This document shows, in pieces, positions 9,447 through 19,420 of a stretch of DNA of 64,000 nt. Under the pieces are notes generated by a model. The model was not told where the DNA came from, ran no database searches, and saw only the letters and a list, made by a program, of their open reading frames with translations. The DNA lies in assembly GCA_965222575.1 (NCBI GenBank), contig OZ244958.1, forward strand, positions 992,001 through 1,056,000. The letters are read 5' to 3'. This DNA is from Alphaproteobacteria bacterium. Its GTDB lineage: Bacteria > Pseudomonadota > Alphaproteobacteria > G965222575. The position numbers and the translations under genes are program-made. Position 1 is the first letter of the stretch; each line of letters starts with the position of its first letter.

Positions 9447-11647
9447 ATGAAGAAGGGAAAATTATTGTTGCAATACGTGGTCCCTGTGATGATAGGGGGT
9501 GTGTGTATTTGGGGTTGGATGGGCTTGCAATCCCTCTCTATTGGAACGGAGAAGTGGTTATCGGAAGAAAATGTTTACCAGCAAGCGCAGCGTGAGCTAG
9601 AGCGGGAGTTTGATTCTACGGAAACATTCCTAGTAGTGTTAAAGGTCAAGGGGGATTTTTTTTCCTTTAGTTATCAAGAGTCTTTAATGGCTCTTAGTAA
9701 TGCTCTGTTAGCGTTAGAGGGGGTGGAAGATGTTGTGAGTCCGCTCACAGTTTCTGATATGATTCAGACGGACTCAACGTTGGCGATACAGCCTTATCAT
9801 AAGGGGTTTCAGAGCGGTGCGTTGCGGGACCAAGAGCAGTATCGGGAGGTGTTGCAGCAAAGTCCTTACTGGGGGAGACTTGTAGGAGGTACGGGAGAGC
9901 TGATTGTGTTACAGATTAAGCTCTTAAGTAAAGGTCAAAGTCTCAAGCGCCAGCACCTCATGGAAGAGATAGGCGTTATTTTAGGGCAGTTTCCTCTTCT
10001 TCTTGAGGGGGCGGTTTTCGCAGGAGAGGCGTTACTAAAGGACACACTTAATACCAAAACCCAGCAGCAGCTCTATAAGGTGTTGTTTTGGGTCACACTT
10101 CTAGTAGTAGGAGTTTTGGTATTGATGTATGGCTCTTTTGTTATCATGGGCATGATTTTTTCCATTGCCTTGATGTGTGTGATGGTGTCTTTTGCCCTTA
10201 TAAATTTTTCCGGTCACCCGTTTACAGTTTTGCACTTAATTTTACCGGCGATACTTGTGGTGATTGTCATAGCGGATAGCATTCATATCCTCAATCGTTG
10301 GATGTCTTTTGAAGAGTTTGCGGGATGGGAGCGGGTGGAAAAGACACTGCGTGCCACAGCGTTGCCTTGTTTTGTGACCTCTTTGACGACTGCTGTTGGG
10401 ATAGGGTCTTTTATGGTGAGTGATATCATTCCTCTTAAGACACTAGGACAAGATGGATTCTTTTCCATGATGCTGTCTTATGTGCTGACAGTGGGGGGGA
10501 TGGGGGTCTTGTTATGGCTTTATGGTCATTGCGTGAAGGGCAGGACAAGGTTGTTTTTCTTACTGAGGAGAGGAATCGAAAGGGTCTATAGACAGGTATT
10601 AGCCTACTATAAAATGATTATCACAGGGGCTTTAGGCTTAGCGTTGGTCTCTTTAGGGATGTGTTTTTTTCTCCGGACGGAAACGAACTTTTTAGAGGTC
10701 TTTTTTTTGAAATCCAGTAAGATTTTTCAGGATTTTATCTTTGTTGACCATCACCTTAAAGGGTCAGGAGTCCTTGAGCTTCTCATCTCATCTCCGCCGG
10801 AGGAAGGGGCATCTCTTGCTTTTCAGCACACACTTAATGACCTTGAGACTAAGCTGTTGACTATCACGGAGGTGAAAGACACTGTGAGTTCTCTTACAGT
10901 GTTGCGCCGGGTGCATGAGGTGTTGAAAACAGAAGAAATGGAAGACTTTCCTACTACAGAAGAACAGCTTGCACAGGAGATTCAGTTTTTAGAACTCTCA
11001 AGGAGCGAATCGCGCAAGGGCGTGTTAGAAGCCTATCTCAATTTTGACTATTCTCTTGCCCGTATGACAGTTCGTCTTCCCAATATGTCCTCTTCGGCTT
11101 TAGGCAATTTTCTGGAGGATATGCGCCCTATGTTACAGGATGTCTCTTATAGACTAGCAGGATTCAGTTACCATTTTTACGCTTTAAGTCGCTATATTCT
11201 CAAAACCCAAGGTGAGAGTTTGCTACTTGTCTTTATTGTGGTCTTTCTTCTGTTTTTGTTCTGTTTGGCTTGCGTCTGACTCTCATAGGGCTAGCCGTGA
11301 ACATACTGCCGATTGCTGTGGTGATGGGGAGTATAGCCCTCAGTGGGGTGCCGTTGGATTTGGCGACAGCGTTGGTTGCGTCTTTGACGTTAGGGCTGTG
11401 TGTAGATGATACTATCCATATGCTGTATTGCTATGTAAAGGGAGGGAAGTTGAAGGAAGCTCTTTATGTACCGGGACAGGCGATTGTGCAAAGTAGTGTG
11501 ATGTTTGTGTTAGCGGGAGGCGTGATTTTGTTATCTTCTGATTTGGTTTTGATGAGGAAATTTGGGGTCTTTATGTCTTTGGGGATTGCTTGTGCCTTAG
11601 TGGCGACGCTTTGGCTTTTGCCTGCGCTGTTAAGACGCTTCTCGTGA
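9447..11647 (+). pseudogene. MMPL/RND-family transporter split by a one-base frameshift near 11253-11262 (sequencing error or pseudogene)
   Basis: Two MMPL halves with VIADSIHIL, CFVTSLTTAVG and GLCVDDTIH; adding one T to the T5 run at 11253-11257 joins ORFs 9447..11279 and 11270..11647. Confidence 0.8.
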
Positions 11648-11677
11648 GATTTTTTTTTACACTTCTTCAATGTCTTC

Positions 11678-11686
11678 TGCTATAAT
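11678..11686 (+). promoter_or_regulatory. Putative extended -10 promoter (TGCTATAAT)
   Basis: TGn-TATAAT upstream of the LolA-like gene. Confidence 0.4.
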
Positions 11687-11742
11687 GCTGCTCATGGAAA
11701 AGCGTGTGGAATCGTGAGATATCTCATTGTGCAAGGTCGGGT

Positions 11743-12504
11743 ATGATAAGGCTAGCCAAAGTCTATACAGGGATTTTTTTCTTTTTAAGCCCTTTGGTTG
11801 TTGCGGAAGCGACTACAGGAAGAGAGGTGATGGAGGGGGTCTATAATCAGACGAAAATCCATACGACGCAGTCGGCGGATGTCCTGTTGGAGATTACTGA
11901 TAAAGGGGGCAAGAAACGCGAGCGGTGGTTTTCGCTCTTGACGAAGCATGAAGACCTTGATACAAAAAGTCTTTTGAAATTTTACAAGCCTCAAAATGTC
12001 AAAGGAACAGGTCTTCTGTCTCATAATCTTGAAGGAGAACAAAAGCCTATACAATGGATCTATTTACCGGCTTTTCGCTCGGTGAGACAGCTGTCTACCA
12101 GCGAACAAAATGATAGCTTCATGGGGTCAGATTTTTCTTACTATGATATTGGAGGTCGGAAACTTGACCAAGATGTGCATGAATTGCTCAAAGAGGACAA
12201 GAAGTACTATTATATACGCTCTTACCCTAAGGATGAGGAAGATGTTTATGCGTATTATGATACGACTGTTGCGAAGTCCATCATGGTGGTGAGGCGGGTT
12301 GTGTTTTATGACAGGAGTGCTAAAAAGATTAAAATGCTTGAAAACAAGAGGGTTGTGAAGATAGGGAAGATGTATTTGATAGCCGAGGCGGTGATGTTCA
12401 GTGAGATGACAGGTGGGCATACGCAGCTGGTGAAATCTGAGATTGAGGTGGATGTTTCTATTAGTGACCAAGATGTTGGGTTAAGGGGTCTTAAAGGTCA
12501 ATAG
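11743..12504 (+). CDS. Outer-membrane lipoprotein-sorting (LolA-like, DUF1329-related) periplasmic protein
   Basis: Motifs PQNVKGTGLL, QWIYLPAFRSVRQL and SFMGSDFSYYD; follows the MMPL gene; start is ATG 11743 or GTG 11704. Confidence 0.85.
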   Translation: MIRLAKVYTGIFFFLSPLVVAEATTGREVMEGVYNQTKIHTTQSADVLLEITDKGGKKRERWFSLLTKHEDLDTKSLLKFYKPQNVKGTGLLSHNLEGEQKPIQWIYLPAFRSVRQLSTSEQNDSFMGSDFSYYDIGGRKLDQDVHELLKEDKKYYYIRSYPKDEEDVYAYYDTTVAKSIMVVRRVVFYDRSAKKIKMLENKRVVKIGKMYLIAEAVMFSEMTGGHTQLVKSEIEVDVSISDQDVGLRGLKGQ

Positions 12505-12506
12505 GG

Positions 12507-14210
12507 ATGTCTATTGGGATTGTTTTGGCACAAGTGCCTTCAAAGGTAGGAGATATAGAGGCTTGTGGGAAGCGTGTTGAGGAGATTTGTGCGGCGCACT
12601 GTGAGGATTGTGTTGTTTTTCCGGAGATGTTTTTAAGTGGGTATCCGCCTTGCGATGTAGTTTTGAGGGAGAGTTTTGTGGTGGCTTGTCGAAAGGAGGC
12701 GGAAAGGTTAGCGCGGTGTGTTGAGAATCCGGCTGTATTCTTACCGATGCCTTGGCGGCGTGGGGGAGACTTGTTGAATGCTGTGGCGGTGTTGCGGGGA
12801 GGGAAGGTTGAGTGCGTGATAGGCAAGAGTTGTTTGCCTAATGAAGGGGTATTTGATGAGAAGCGTTATTTTGTTTCCTCTTCTCTTTCTAGTCCGTTAA
12901 AAATTGGAGGAGTGAGGATACAAGTTTTAATCTGTGAAGATATTTGGCAGGAGAGTCTGTGTACTACTCTAGCGGAGAGACTGGAGGGGATAGACCTTGT
13001 TCTTGTTGTGAATGGGTCTCCTTTTGAGAGTGGGAAAGACGCCATGCGCCGTGCTCTTCTGAGAAAGCGGCAACAGGCGTTTTCGGTTCCTATTTTGTAT
13101 CTTAATGCTACTGGTGCTCAGGATGAGATAGTATTTGATGGGGGCAGTTTTCTCATCTCTGACGAGCAAGAGGTTAAAGCGCCTTTTTTTCGGTCATGTT
13201 TATTGTGTACTCGGTGGGAGAAATCCCATAACAAGCTTTGTCTTCAAGGGGTGAAGACAAAGGCGTTAAGTGTTGGGTTTACCCCGTGTACTCTTTTGAA
13301 TTTTTCTTCTGCGCTGTCTTTAGTTTATGGGGCTTTGGTGGAGGGGTTGGGGCAGTATATGGAGAGGTGCGGGTTTGAGAAAGTTGTGTTGGGGTTATCT
13401 GGGGGGATAGATTCGGCTCTTTGTGCTAGTGTGTGTGTGGATGCGGTGGGGTGTGATAGGGTGGAGGGGATTTTTTTGAAGACGCGTTTTAATCCTCCAT
13501 CTACTTATAGGGATGTGCAGGACATTGCTAGGAGGTTAGGGATTAGGCTTAGGGTTTTGGATATAGAGGATTTGCGTTGTGAGATTCGGGAGTTGTTAGA
13601 GAGTTTTGCTGTTGAAGGGATTGGCAAGGAGATAGCAGAGCAAAATCAGCAAGCGCGTCTCAGAGGCTTATGTCTAATGGCGGTTTCTAATTTCACGGGG
13701 TCTCTTGTGGTGTGTTCTTCTAACAAGTCGGAGCTTGCTAGTGGGTATGCGACTTTGTACGGGGATATGATAGGGGGGTATAGTCCGTTGAAGGATGTGT
13801 ACAAGACGGGGGTATATGAGTTGGCGCGTTTTCGTAATGGGTATGAAGAAGAGAGGGGAGGGGAGGGGTTTTTTTCGTCTTTGGTTTTATTGAAGGCGCC
13901 GTCTGCGGAGCTTGCGGAGGGGCAACGGGATGAGGAGGCATTGCCTCCTTATGAGGTTTTGGATAGGATTTTATTTTTGTTAATAGAAGAAGGTTTGGGG
14001 GTAGAAGAGGTGATAGAGCGCGGAGAGGAGGAGTCTGTGGTGAGGAAGGTAGCGAATGATTTATTTTCGTCTGAGTATAAGCGGTATCAGAGTCCTCCGG
14101 GCGTTAAGGTGACGCGTTGTGCTTTTGGTAGGGATTGGCGTTATCCGCTTGCTGGTTCTAGGGTGGGGTGGGGGTTAGTTGGGGAGAGGAGGAGGAGGAA
14201 GAAGGGATGA
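12507..14210 (+). CDS. nadE: Glutamine-dependent NAD+ synthetase
   Basis: Nitrilase domain (VFPEMFLSGYP, ICEDIW) plus GLSGGIDSA, NKSELASGYATLYGD and SEYKRYQSPPG. Confidence 0.95.
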   Translation: MSIGIVLAQVPSKVGDIEACGKRVEEICAAHCEDCVVFPEMFLSGYPPCDVVLRESFVVACRKEAERLARCVENPAVFLPMPWRRGGDLLNAVAVLRGGKVECVIGKSCLPNEGVFDEKRYFVSSSLSSPLKIGGVRIQVLICEDIWQESLCTTLAERLEGIDLVLVVNGSPFESGKDAMRRALLRKRQQAFSVPILYLNATGAQDEIVFDGGSFLISDEQEVKAPFFRSCLLCTRWEKSHNKLCLQGVKTKALSVGFTPCTLLNFSSALSLVYGALVEGLGQYMERCGFEKVVLGLSGGIDSALCASVCVDAVGCDRVEGIFLKTRFNPPSTYRDVQDIARRLGIRLRVLDIEDLRCEIRELLESFAVEGIGKEIAEQNQQARLRGLCLMAVSNFTGSLVVCSSNKSELASGYATLYGDMIGGYSPLKDVYKTGVYELARFRNGYEEERGGEGFFSSLVLLKAPSAELAEGQRDEEALPPYEVLDRILFLLIEEGLGVEEVIERGEEESVVRKVANDLFSSEYKRYQSPPGVKVTRCAFGRDWRYPLAGSRVGWGLVGERRRRKKG

Positions 14211-15622
14211 GTGGGGTTTTGAGGAAGCCTGTGGTACGGTTTGCACCTTCTCCTACTGGTTTGTTGCATGTTGGGAATGTGCGCGTATTTGCGTTGAATT
14301 GGTTACTAGCGCGTCGTGGGGGAGGGGAGGTAATTTTACGATTTGACGATACGGATAGTCGGCGTGTGAGGACTGAGTACATAGAGGCTATCAGAGAAGA
14401 TTTGGCTTGGTTGAGGTTATCGGTGGATAGGGAGGAATTTCAGTCTAGGAGGAAGAAGCGTTATGATGAGGTGATAGCGTTTTTGAAGGAAGAAGGTCGG
14501 TTGTATGCGTGTTTTGAGACGCCCGACGAGCTTGAGCGGAAGCGGTTACGCCAGCAAGAGCGTGGTCTTCCGCCTATTTACGATAGAGAGGCTTTGTCTT
14601 TAGCCCTTGGGGAGAAGGAGGCTTTACGGGGGAGGCGTCCTCATTATAGGTTTTTGTTATCTAGGGGCACAGAGTCTTGGGAGGATAAGGTTATGTCATG
14701 GAGAAAGTATGACACCTCTCATGTGAGTGATCCTGTATTAGTGAGAGCTGATGGGAGTGTTTTGTATACATTGTGTTCTGTGATTGATGATAGGGATTTT
14801 GGGGTTACTGATATTATTCGCGGTCAGGATCATTTAGTGAACACGGCGGTACAGCTAGAGATTTTGCGTGCATTAGGCGGGGAGGAGAGCAAGATTGCCT
14901 TTGGTCATATTCCGTTGATGGTAGGTGGGGAAGGAGAGCCTTTATCCAAGCGTCTTGGGTCATTAACGATTAGGGGGTTGAGGGAAGAAGGGATAGGCTG
15001 GCGTTCTTTGTTGCAGTTGTTGTTGTTGGGGGAGGGGGGAAAAGCTATAGAAGGGGATTTTTGGGGGTCTTTTTTGGAGGAGGGGGAGAGTAGGTTCAGG
15101 GAGTCGTTGAGTTCCCAAGCGTTTCGTTTTGATAAGAAGTCGTTGAGGCATCTTGAAGCGTTGTATGTGAGGGATTGGTCTTATGAGGAGGTAGAGTCTG
15201 TATTGCGTAAGGAGAAGTTGTTGCTTAAGGATGTGTGTGTATTTTGGGATATTGTGAGGGGGAATATTGAGAGGGAGGGGGATATTTTGTATTGGGCACG
15301 AGTGGTGTGCGGTGAGGAGGAGGAGGAGGGGGAGGGGCTTGCGGGGGAGTGGGGGGAGAAGGATTTGGGGGTTTTGCGGGTAGCTTTAGAGGTGCTACCG
15401 GAGGAGGAGGAGGAAGGGGAGGGTTTTGATGAGGAGTCTGTGGAGTGCTGGATAAAAGCGTTAGTGAAGGCGATGGGTGGCGGTGGGAAAGAGGTGTTTT
15501 TGCCCTTACGGCTAGCGTTAACGGGCCGTATTAAGGGGCCTGTTCTCGGGGAATTTTTACCCCTTTTGTCGCGACAATTGATAAGGAAGCGAATCAACAG
15601 TGCAATCAAAAGCAAGAAATAG
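14207..15622 (+). CDS. gltX: Glutamate--tRNA ligase
   Basis: RFAPSPTG-x-LHVGN, LRFDDTD, IIRGQDH and LSKR; ATGA overlap with the nadE stop. Confidence 0.93.
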   Translation: MSGVLRKPVVRFAPSPTGLLHVGNVRVFALNWLLARRGGGEVILRFDDTDSRRVRTEYIEAIREDLAWLRLSVDREEFQSRRKKRYDEVIAFLKEEGRLYACFETPDELERKRLRQQERGLPPIYDREALSLALGEKEALRGRRPHYRFLLSRGTESWEDKVMSWRKYDTSHVSDPVLVRADGSVLYTLCSVIDDRDFGVTDIIRGQDHLVNTAVQLEILRALGGEESKIAFGHIPLMVGGEGEPLSKRLGSLTIRGLREEGIGWRSLLQLLLLGEGGKAIEGDFWGSFLEEGESRFRESLSSQAFRFDKKSLRHLEALYVRDWSYEEVESVLRKEKLLLKDVCVFWDIVRGNIEREGDILYWARVVCGEEEEEGEGLAGEWGEKDLGVLRVALEVLPEEEEEGEGFDEESVECWIKALVKAMGGGGKEVFLPLRLALTGRIKGPVLGEFLPLLSRQLIRKRINSAIKSKK

Positions 15623-15624
15623 AA

Positions 15625-15653
15625 TTGCACTATTTTAGAATTTTCTGTATACT
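15625..15653 (+). promoter_or_regulatory. Putative sigma70 promoter for the OMP array
   Basis: TTGCAC-17 bp-TATACT. Confidence 0.55.
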
Positions 15654-15655
15654 TT

Positions 15656-16504
15656 TTGACTAAAGAGGTTATGACCATGCGGAAAAGTGCAGCAGTTATG
15701 AGAAGTGGTTTAGGGATTGTTTCAGTTTTCAGGCTTTTTTGTCTGATGATTGTGTTGTCTTTTGTGTGTTCTGCGGTGAGTGCGGGGGCGGTGTCTGGGC
15801 TTTATGTAGAAGGGAGTTTTGGGTATGCTAGGCTGAATTATAAGAAAGCATTTGCTTTATCGATTCGCCATGCGGAAAAAACCTCAGGGATAGTGTCTTT
15901 TGATAAGAAGCCTATGTCTTTTGGGTTAGCGGCTGGTTTAATGTTTACGCGCTCTGATGGTCTTTTGTGGGGACTGATGCCGCACTATACGCGTTATGGT
16001 GCTTTTGAACAGACGTTGACCTTTGATTACTATGCTCGTGACAAGAAATTAGCAAGCGCTATTCCTGTGAAGAAGGATTACCTAGTGGTAACAGGCTTAG
16101 GGGTTTCCCTCCCCATAGGGTATCGCGTGCATTTGTGGGGTAGGAGTCATGGGTCTTTTTATTTCTTAGTGGGATTGGAATCGGTACACTCTAAGACGAA
16201 GGCAGTAGAGATTAAGCCTTCTGATTTATCCTCTGGTGTTAGTATCAGAAATTTAGGAGACAAAACCTATCAATTGGATGCGAAGGAGTTAACGCGTTTA
16301 TCTAATCGTTATGGTGTGGGGATGATGTTTGATAGCGGTAGTGCTATGGTGTTTGGTATAACCTACACGCTGTCTAAGGTGCTTCTGCCTTCTCATCAGG
16401 GCGTAGCGGAGAAGAACTTGAGAACAGAGTTAGAGGCAAAGAAGCCGCACAGATTGCATAGATTGAGTCTCTTTTTGGGGTCTATGGGAAATTTTTCCCC
16501 GTGA
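15656..16504 (+). CDS. Outer-membrane beta-barrel protein OMP1 (divergent member of the paralogue family)
   Basis: Signal peptide then GLYVEGSFGY; alternating beta strands; GVGMMF and SKVLLP align with the paralogues; start probably ATG 15671 or 15677. Confidence 0.7.
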   Translation: MTKEVMTMRKSAAVMRSGLGIVSVFRLFCLMIVLSFVCSAVSAGAVSGLYVEGSFGYARLNYKKAFALSIRHAEKTSGIVSFDKKPMSFGLAAGLMFTRSDGLLWGLMPHYTRYGAFEQTLTFDYYARDKKLASAIPVKKDYLVVTGLGVSLPIGYRVHLWGRSHGSFYFLVGLESVHSKTKAVEIKPSDLSSGVSIRNLGDKTYQLDAKELTRLSNRYGVGMMFDSGSAMVFGITYTLSKVLLPSHQGVAEKNLRTELEAKKPHRLHRLSLFLGSMGNFSP

Positions 16505-16538
16505 GCAGGGGGACCTAGCGGGTACTTGTGATTGAATA

Positions 16539-17531
16539 ATGGTAGGGATAAAGGGGCTGTTGATGCTGAAGATGTGGGGTTTTGTTGTCATACTAGTATT
16601 GATGCCGACTGCGGTTTATGGCAAGGGAAAGTTCTATGGATTAGTGAAGCCTTTTGTGTTGTCTACTGATGAGGCGACAGAATTTTCTCATCCTTATAGT
16701 AATGGTGAGCTAGGGGGCATTGGAGGAACCTATAGTGTTGCGGAAGGAGGCACTTTTGGATACGATTTAAGTGTTGGCATAGCGGTTCAGGAAAACTTCT
16801 TTCTTTTAGCGCTAGAGGGATTTACTCTACAGGCTTTCAATGGGTTAAGGACAACTGTAATCTTGACTCATTTTCATGAGTTAGACGATTTAGAGGACTT
16901 TTCTTCTACCCATCTTGGCAGGAGGCTGAGAAATCCTCTCACGAATGAGGAGAGGAATTATAAGGTGGGGGTGGAGTATCCTTTGGAGGTGACAAAGATT
17001 TCGAGTTATGGTGGTCGTGTTGTGATAGGCTTCAGGAGTGCCTTGATGAGTTTATGGTCTGTATATCCTTATGTGACGGTGGGGTATCATTGGACGGAGG
17101 TGAAGACGCAAGAGACCTTAATTGAAACGGGTAGTGCTGTCTTTGGAAGTGGAAATTTGCTGGTTGTGAAAGAGTATAAGCAGGTGCTAGAGGGGGAGGA
17201 GGAGGAGTACGTGTGGCTAAAATTGCCGAAGATATTGCCGGATAATGTAAGGGCGAGTGGAATTTTATTGTACGATGAGAATAAAGATAACGGGGGGGAT
17301 TTATTGCCGGATAAGAAGAGTAAATCTGTAGTTTTACGCAAGGGCGGAGTCTTATATGGAGGGGGAATCAGACTTTATCATGAGAATGGTTTGATTTTTG
17401 GTTGTTCTTTTGCTTTAATGAAAGTGAGCCTCCCTAAGTCTGATGGACAAGATGGGGTTTTTGGTGATAGTATTAAGGAACGAACGACGTATATCAAGAA
17501 AGTGTCTTTGACAATTGGGTATCAATTTTAG
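16539..17531 (+). CDS. Outer-membrane beta-barrel protein OMP2
   Basis: Signal peptide; YPYVTVGY, KGGVLYGGG and KVSLPK; C-terminal IGYQF (BAM signal). Confidence 0.78.
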   Translation: MVGIKGLLMLKMWGFVVILVLMPTAVYGKGKFYGLVKPFVLSTDEATEFSHPYSNGELGGIGGTYSVAEGGTFGYDLSVGIAVQENFFLLALEGFTLQAFNGLRTTVILTHFHELDDLEDFSSTHLGRRLRNPLTNEERNYKVGVEYPLEVTKISSYGGRVVIGFRSALMSLWSVYPYVTVGYHWTEVKTQETLIETGSAVFGSGNLLVVKEYKQVLEGEEEEYVWLKLPKILPDNVRASGILLYDENKDNGGDLLPDKKSKSVVLRKGGVLYGGGIRLYHENGLIFGCSFALMKVSLPKSDGQDGVFGDSIKERTTYIKKVSLTIGYQF

Positions 17532-17570
17532 GGGATGATAGATGATTATAGATATGTTATATTATAGAGT

Positions 17571-18374
17571 TTGATGAAGGAGAGGTTGGAAATGGTGAAA
17601 CGCTTGTTACTGATTGCAGTTTTAGTAGCACCTTTTATGGTGAACGCTAAGACGAGTAATATAAGATTCCTAGTGGGTTTAGGATTTAACACAATAGACG
17701 GCAAAATTGATGTGAAGGTGGATGATACCACTAGATTCCTAACGGCATATCAAAAGATTAAGGAGAAGAATGCGTTAGGGATGGATGTGAGTATGATATT
17801 GGGGCTGAATATGAGTGATCAGGTGGAACTTGGGCTTGAATTATTCCATGTGAACTTTGGGTCTGTGACGCACACACTTGTTGCTTCTCGGGCTAGCAGT
17901 AGCAATGCTAGTTCTAAACTGGACAAGGATTACGTCATTGACCTTGAAGACGCTGAAATCAAGAGTTATGGCTGGGCAATTTTTTTGGGGATTAAAGTGA
18001 GTGAGGATAGGGCATTTATGATTATTCCCTATGCCAAGGTAGGCTACCATTATGCGCAAGTGGAGTTGATGAAAAGTGAAGTGAATTGGACTGAGGCAAA
18101 TCTTCCTGCTGCTGGCACGCCTCTTGCGGGGACGGACACACTGGAGGAAGAGAGCATTACCAAAACAGGCTTAATGATAGGGGGCGGTGTTAATCTTCAA
18201 AAGGCAAACGGTGTGGTGATAGGCTTTGAGTATACGCAAAGCGCCCTGTCTTTCCCAAAGAGAGCTCAAGACAACATAACCCTTTGGGGAGAGGGGAAAA
18301 AAGCAGATGGCAAAGAAAAGTCGAGTACGGCTACTATTTATAGGCTAGCAGTGCGTTTCGGGTATGCTTTTTGA
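17571..18374 (+). CDS. Outer-membrane beta-barrel protein OMP3
   Basis: Signal peptide; IPYAKVGY, KTGLMIGGG and LSFPKRA; C-terminal FGYAF. Confidence 0.82.
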   Translation: MMKERLEMVKRLLLIAVLVAPFMVNAKTSNIRFLVGLGFNTIDGKIDVKVDDTTRFLTAYQKIKEKNALGMDVSMILGLNMSDQVELGLELFHVNFGSVTHTLVASRASSSNASSKLDKDYVIDLEDAEIKSYGWAIFLGIKVSEDRAFMIIPYAKVGYHYAQVELMKSEVNWTEANLPAAGTPLAGTDTLEEESITKTGLMIGGGVNLQKANGVVIGFEYTQSALSFPKRAQDNITLWGEGKKADGKEKSSTATIYRLAVRFGYAF

Positions 18375-18426
18375 AACTAAAGAGTCTCTTTTTTTTATGG
18401 CTGTAAGTTTTAATAAAGATTTTTAC

Positions 18427-18518
18427 TTGACTTTAAGTTTTTCTTATCTTATACCTAGTGTTTAGGGGGCGGAAGTGTGTAAACATTTCTTGACATGGAA
18501 GGGAGGAGTGACTAAACT
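18427..18518 (+). promoter_or_regulatory. Two tandem sigma70-like promoters upstream of OMP4
   Basis: TTGACT-17-TATACC (18427-18455) and TTGACA-17-TAAACT (18490-18518); AGAGGA RBS before ATG 18560. Confidence 0.6.
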
Positions 18519-18559
18519 TTTCCTTTAATATTAATAATCATAAAACGTAAAAGAGGAAT

Positions 18560-19360
18560 ATGATGAAAAACGTGAAAAATATAATCTTCTGTGCTTTGGT
18601 TTCTTTAGCTCTTCCATTTGTAGCAAGTGCCCAAGGTTTCGGAGATGGTCAAACAAGAGTCCTTGTGGGAATTGGATTTAATAAAGTAAGTTTAAGTGAA
18701 ACTTTTCTGATGGTCGCGGGCAATAAAGCTACCCATAGTGTGTCTCAAAAGGTGGATGCTAGCAAAGTCATAGGCTTTGATATTGGCGTGTCCTACAGCT
18801 TTCCAGTCTCTGAGCAACTAATGGTAGGTGTTGAAGCATTCTTTAGTAGCCTTGGGTCTTTTGACCGTACAGTGACGGTTGCAAAATGGACCGACTTAAC
18901 GGCGGGGGAGGATGGTACGACCGGTGGCCGTAATGTTGCTCCTGCGGATTCTAAAGGTAAGCTGTCCGGCTTTGGTGCAGCTGTAGTAGCAGAAATGATG
19001 GCCAGTGAAATGGGAACCTTTATGGTGTATCCTTATGTCAAAGTGGGTTATCAATTTACTTCAGTGAATCTAGAGGCATTGGCCTTGGCTGAGGTCCCCG
19101 CTGCGAATAGCAGTGGTATCAAATTCACCCCAACAGCTCTAACTGAAGAAAAAGGCTCTAAAGGCGGTCTGTTGTTTGGTGGTGGTATCAACTTTATTAA
19201 TGATACAGGCTTAATTGTAGGGGCTGAATTTTCTGTTGTGAAAGTTTGGTTGCCAAAACGAGCTACAGGTAGTAATACGACTGTTTACGGAGCAACGCCA
19301 GGTACGCGTATAGGTGAGAATGTCACCAAAATGACAGTGAGATTTGGTTATAGTTTCTAA
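18560..19360 (+). CDS. Outer-membrane beta-barrel protein OMP4
   Basis: Signal peptide ending ASA; YPYVKVGY, KGGLLFGGG and VWLPKRA; C-terminal FGYSF. Confidence 0.85.
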   Translation: MMKNVKNIIFCALVSLALPFVASAQGFGDGQTRVLVGIGFNKVSLSETFLMVAGNKATHSVSQKVDASKVIGFDIGVSYSFPVSEQLMVGVEAFFSSLGSFDRTVTVAKWTDLTAGEDGTTGGRNVAPADSKGKLSGFGAAVVAEMMASEMGTFMVYPYVKVGYQFTSVNLEALALAEVPAANSSGIKFTPTALTEEKGSKGGLLFGGGINFINDTGLIVGAEFSVVKVWLPKRATGSNTTVYGATPGTRIGENVTKMTVRFGYSF

Positions 19361-19390
19361 ATGATGTTTGTTTTTGTTTAGGTTTGAAAG

Positions 19391-19420
19391 AAGGGAGAGC
19401 ACACACTCTCCCTTTTTTTT
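19391..19420 (+). terminator. Rho-independent terminator after OMP4
   Basis: AAGGGAGAG-CACACA-CTCTCCCTT stem-loop running into a T tract. Confidence 0.8.
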
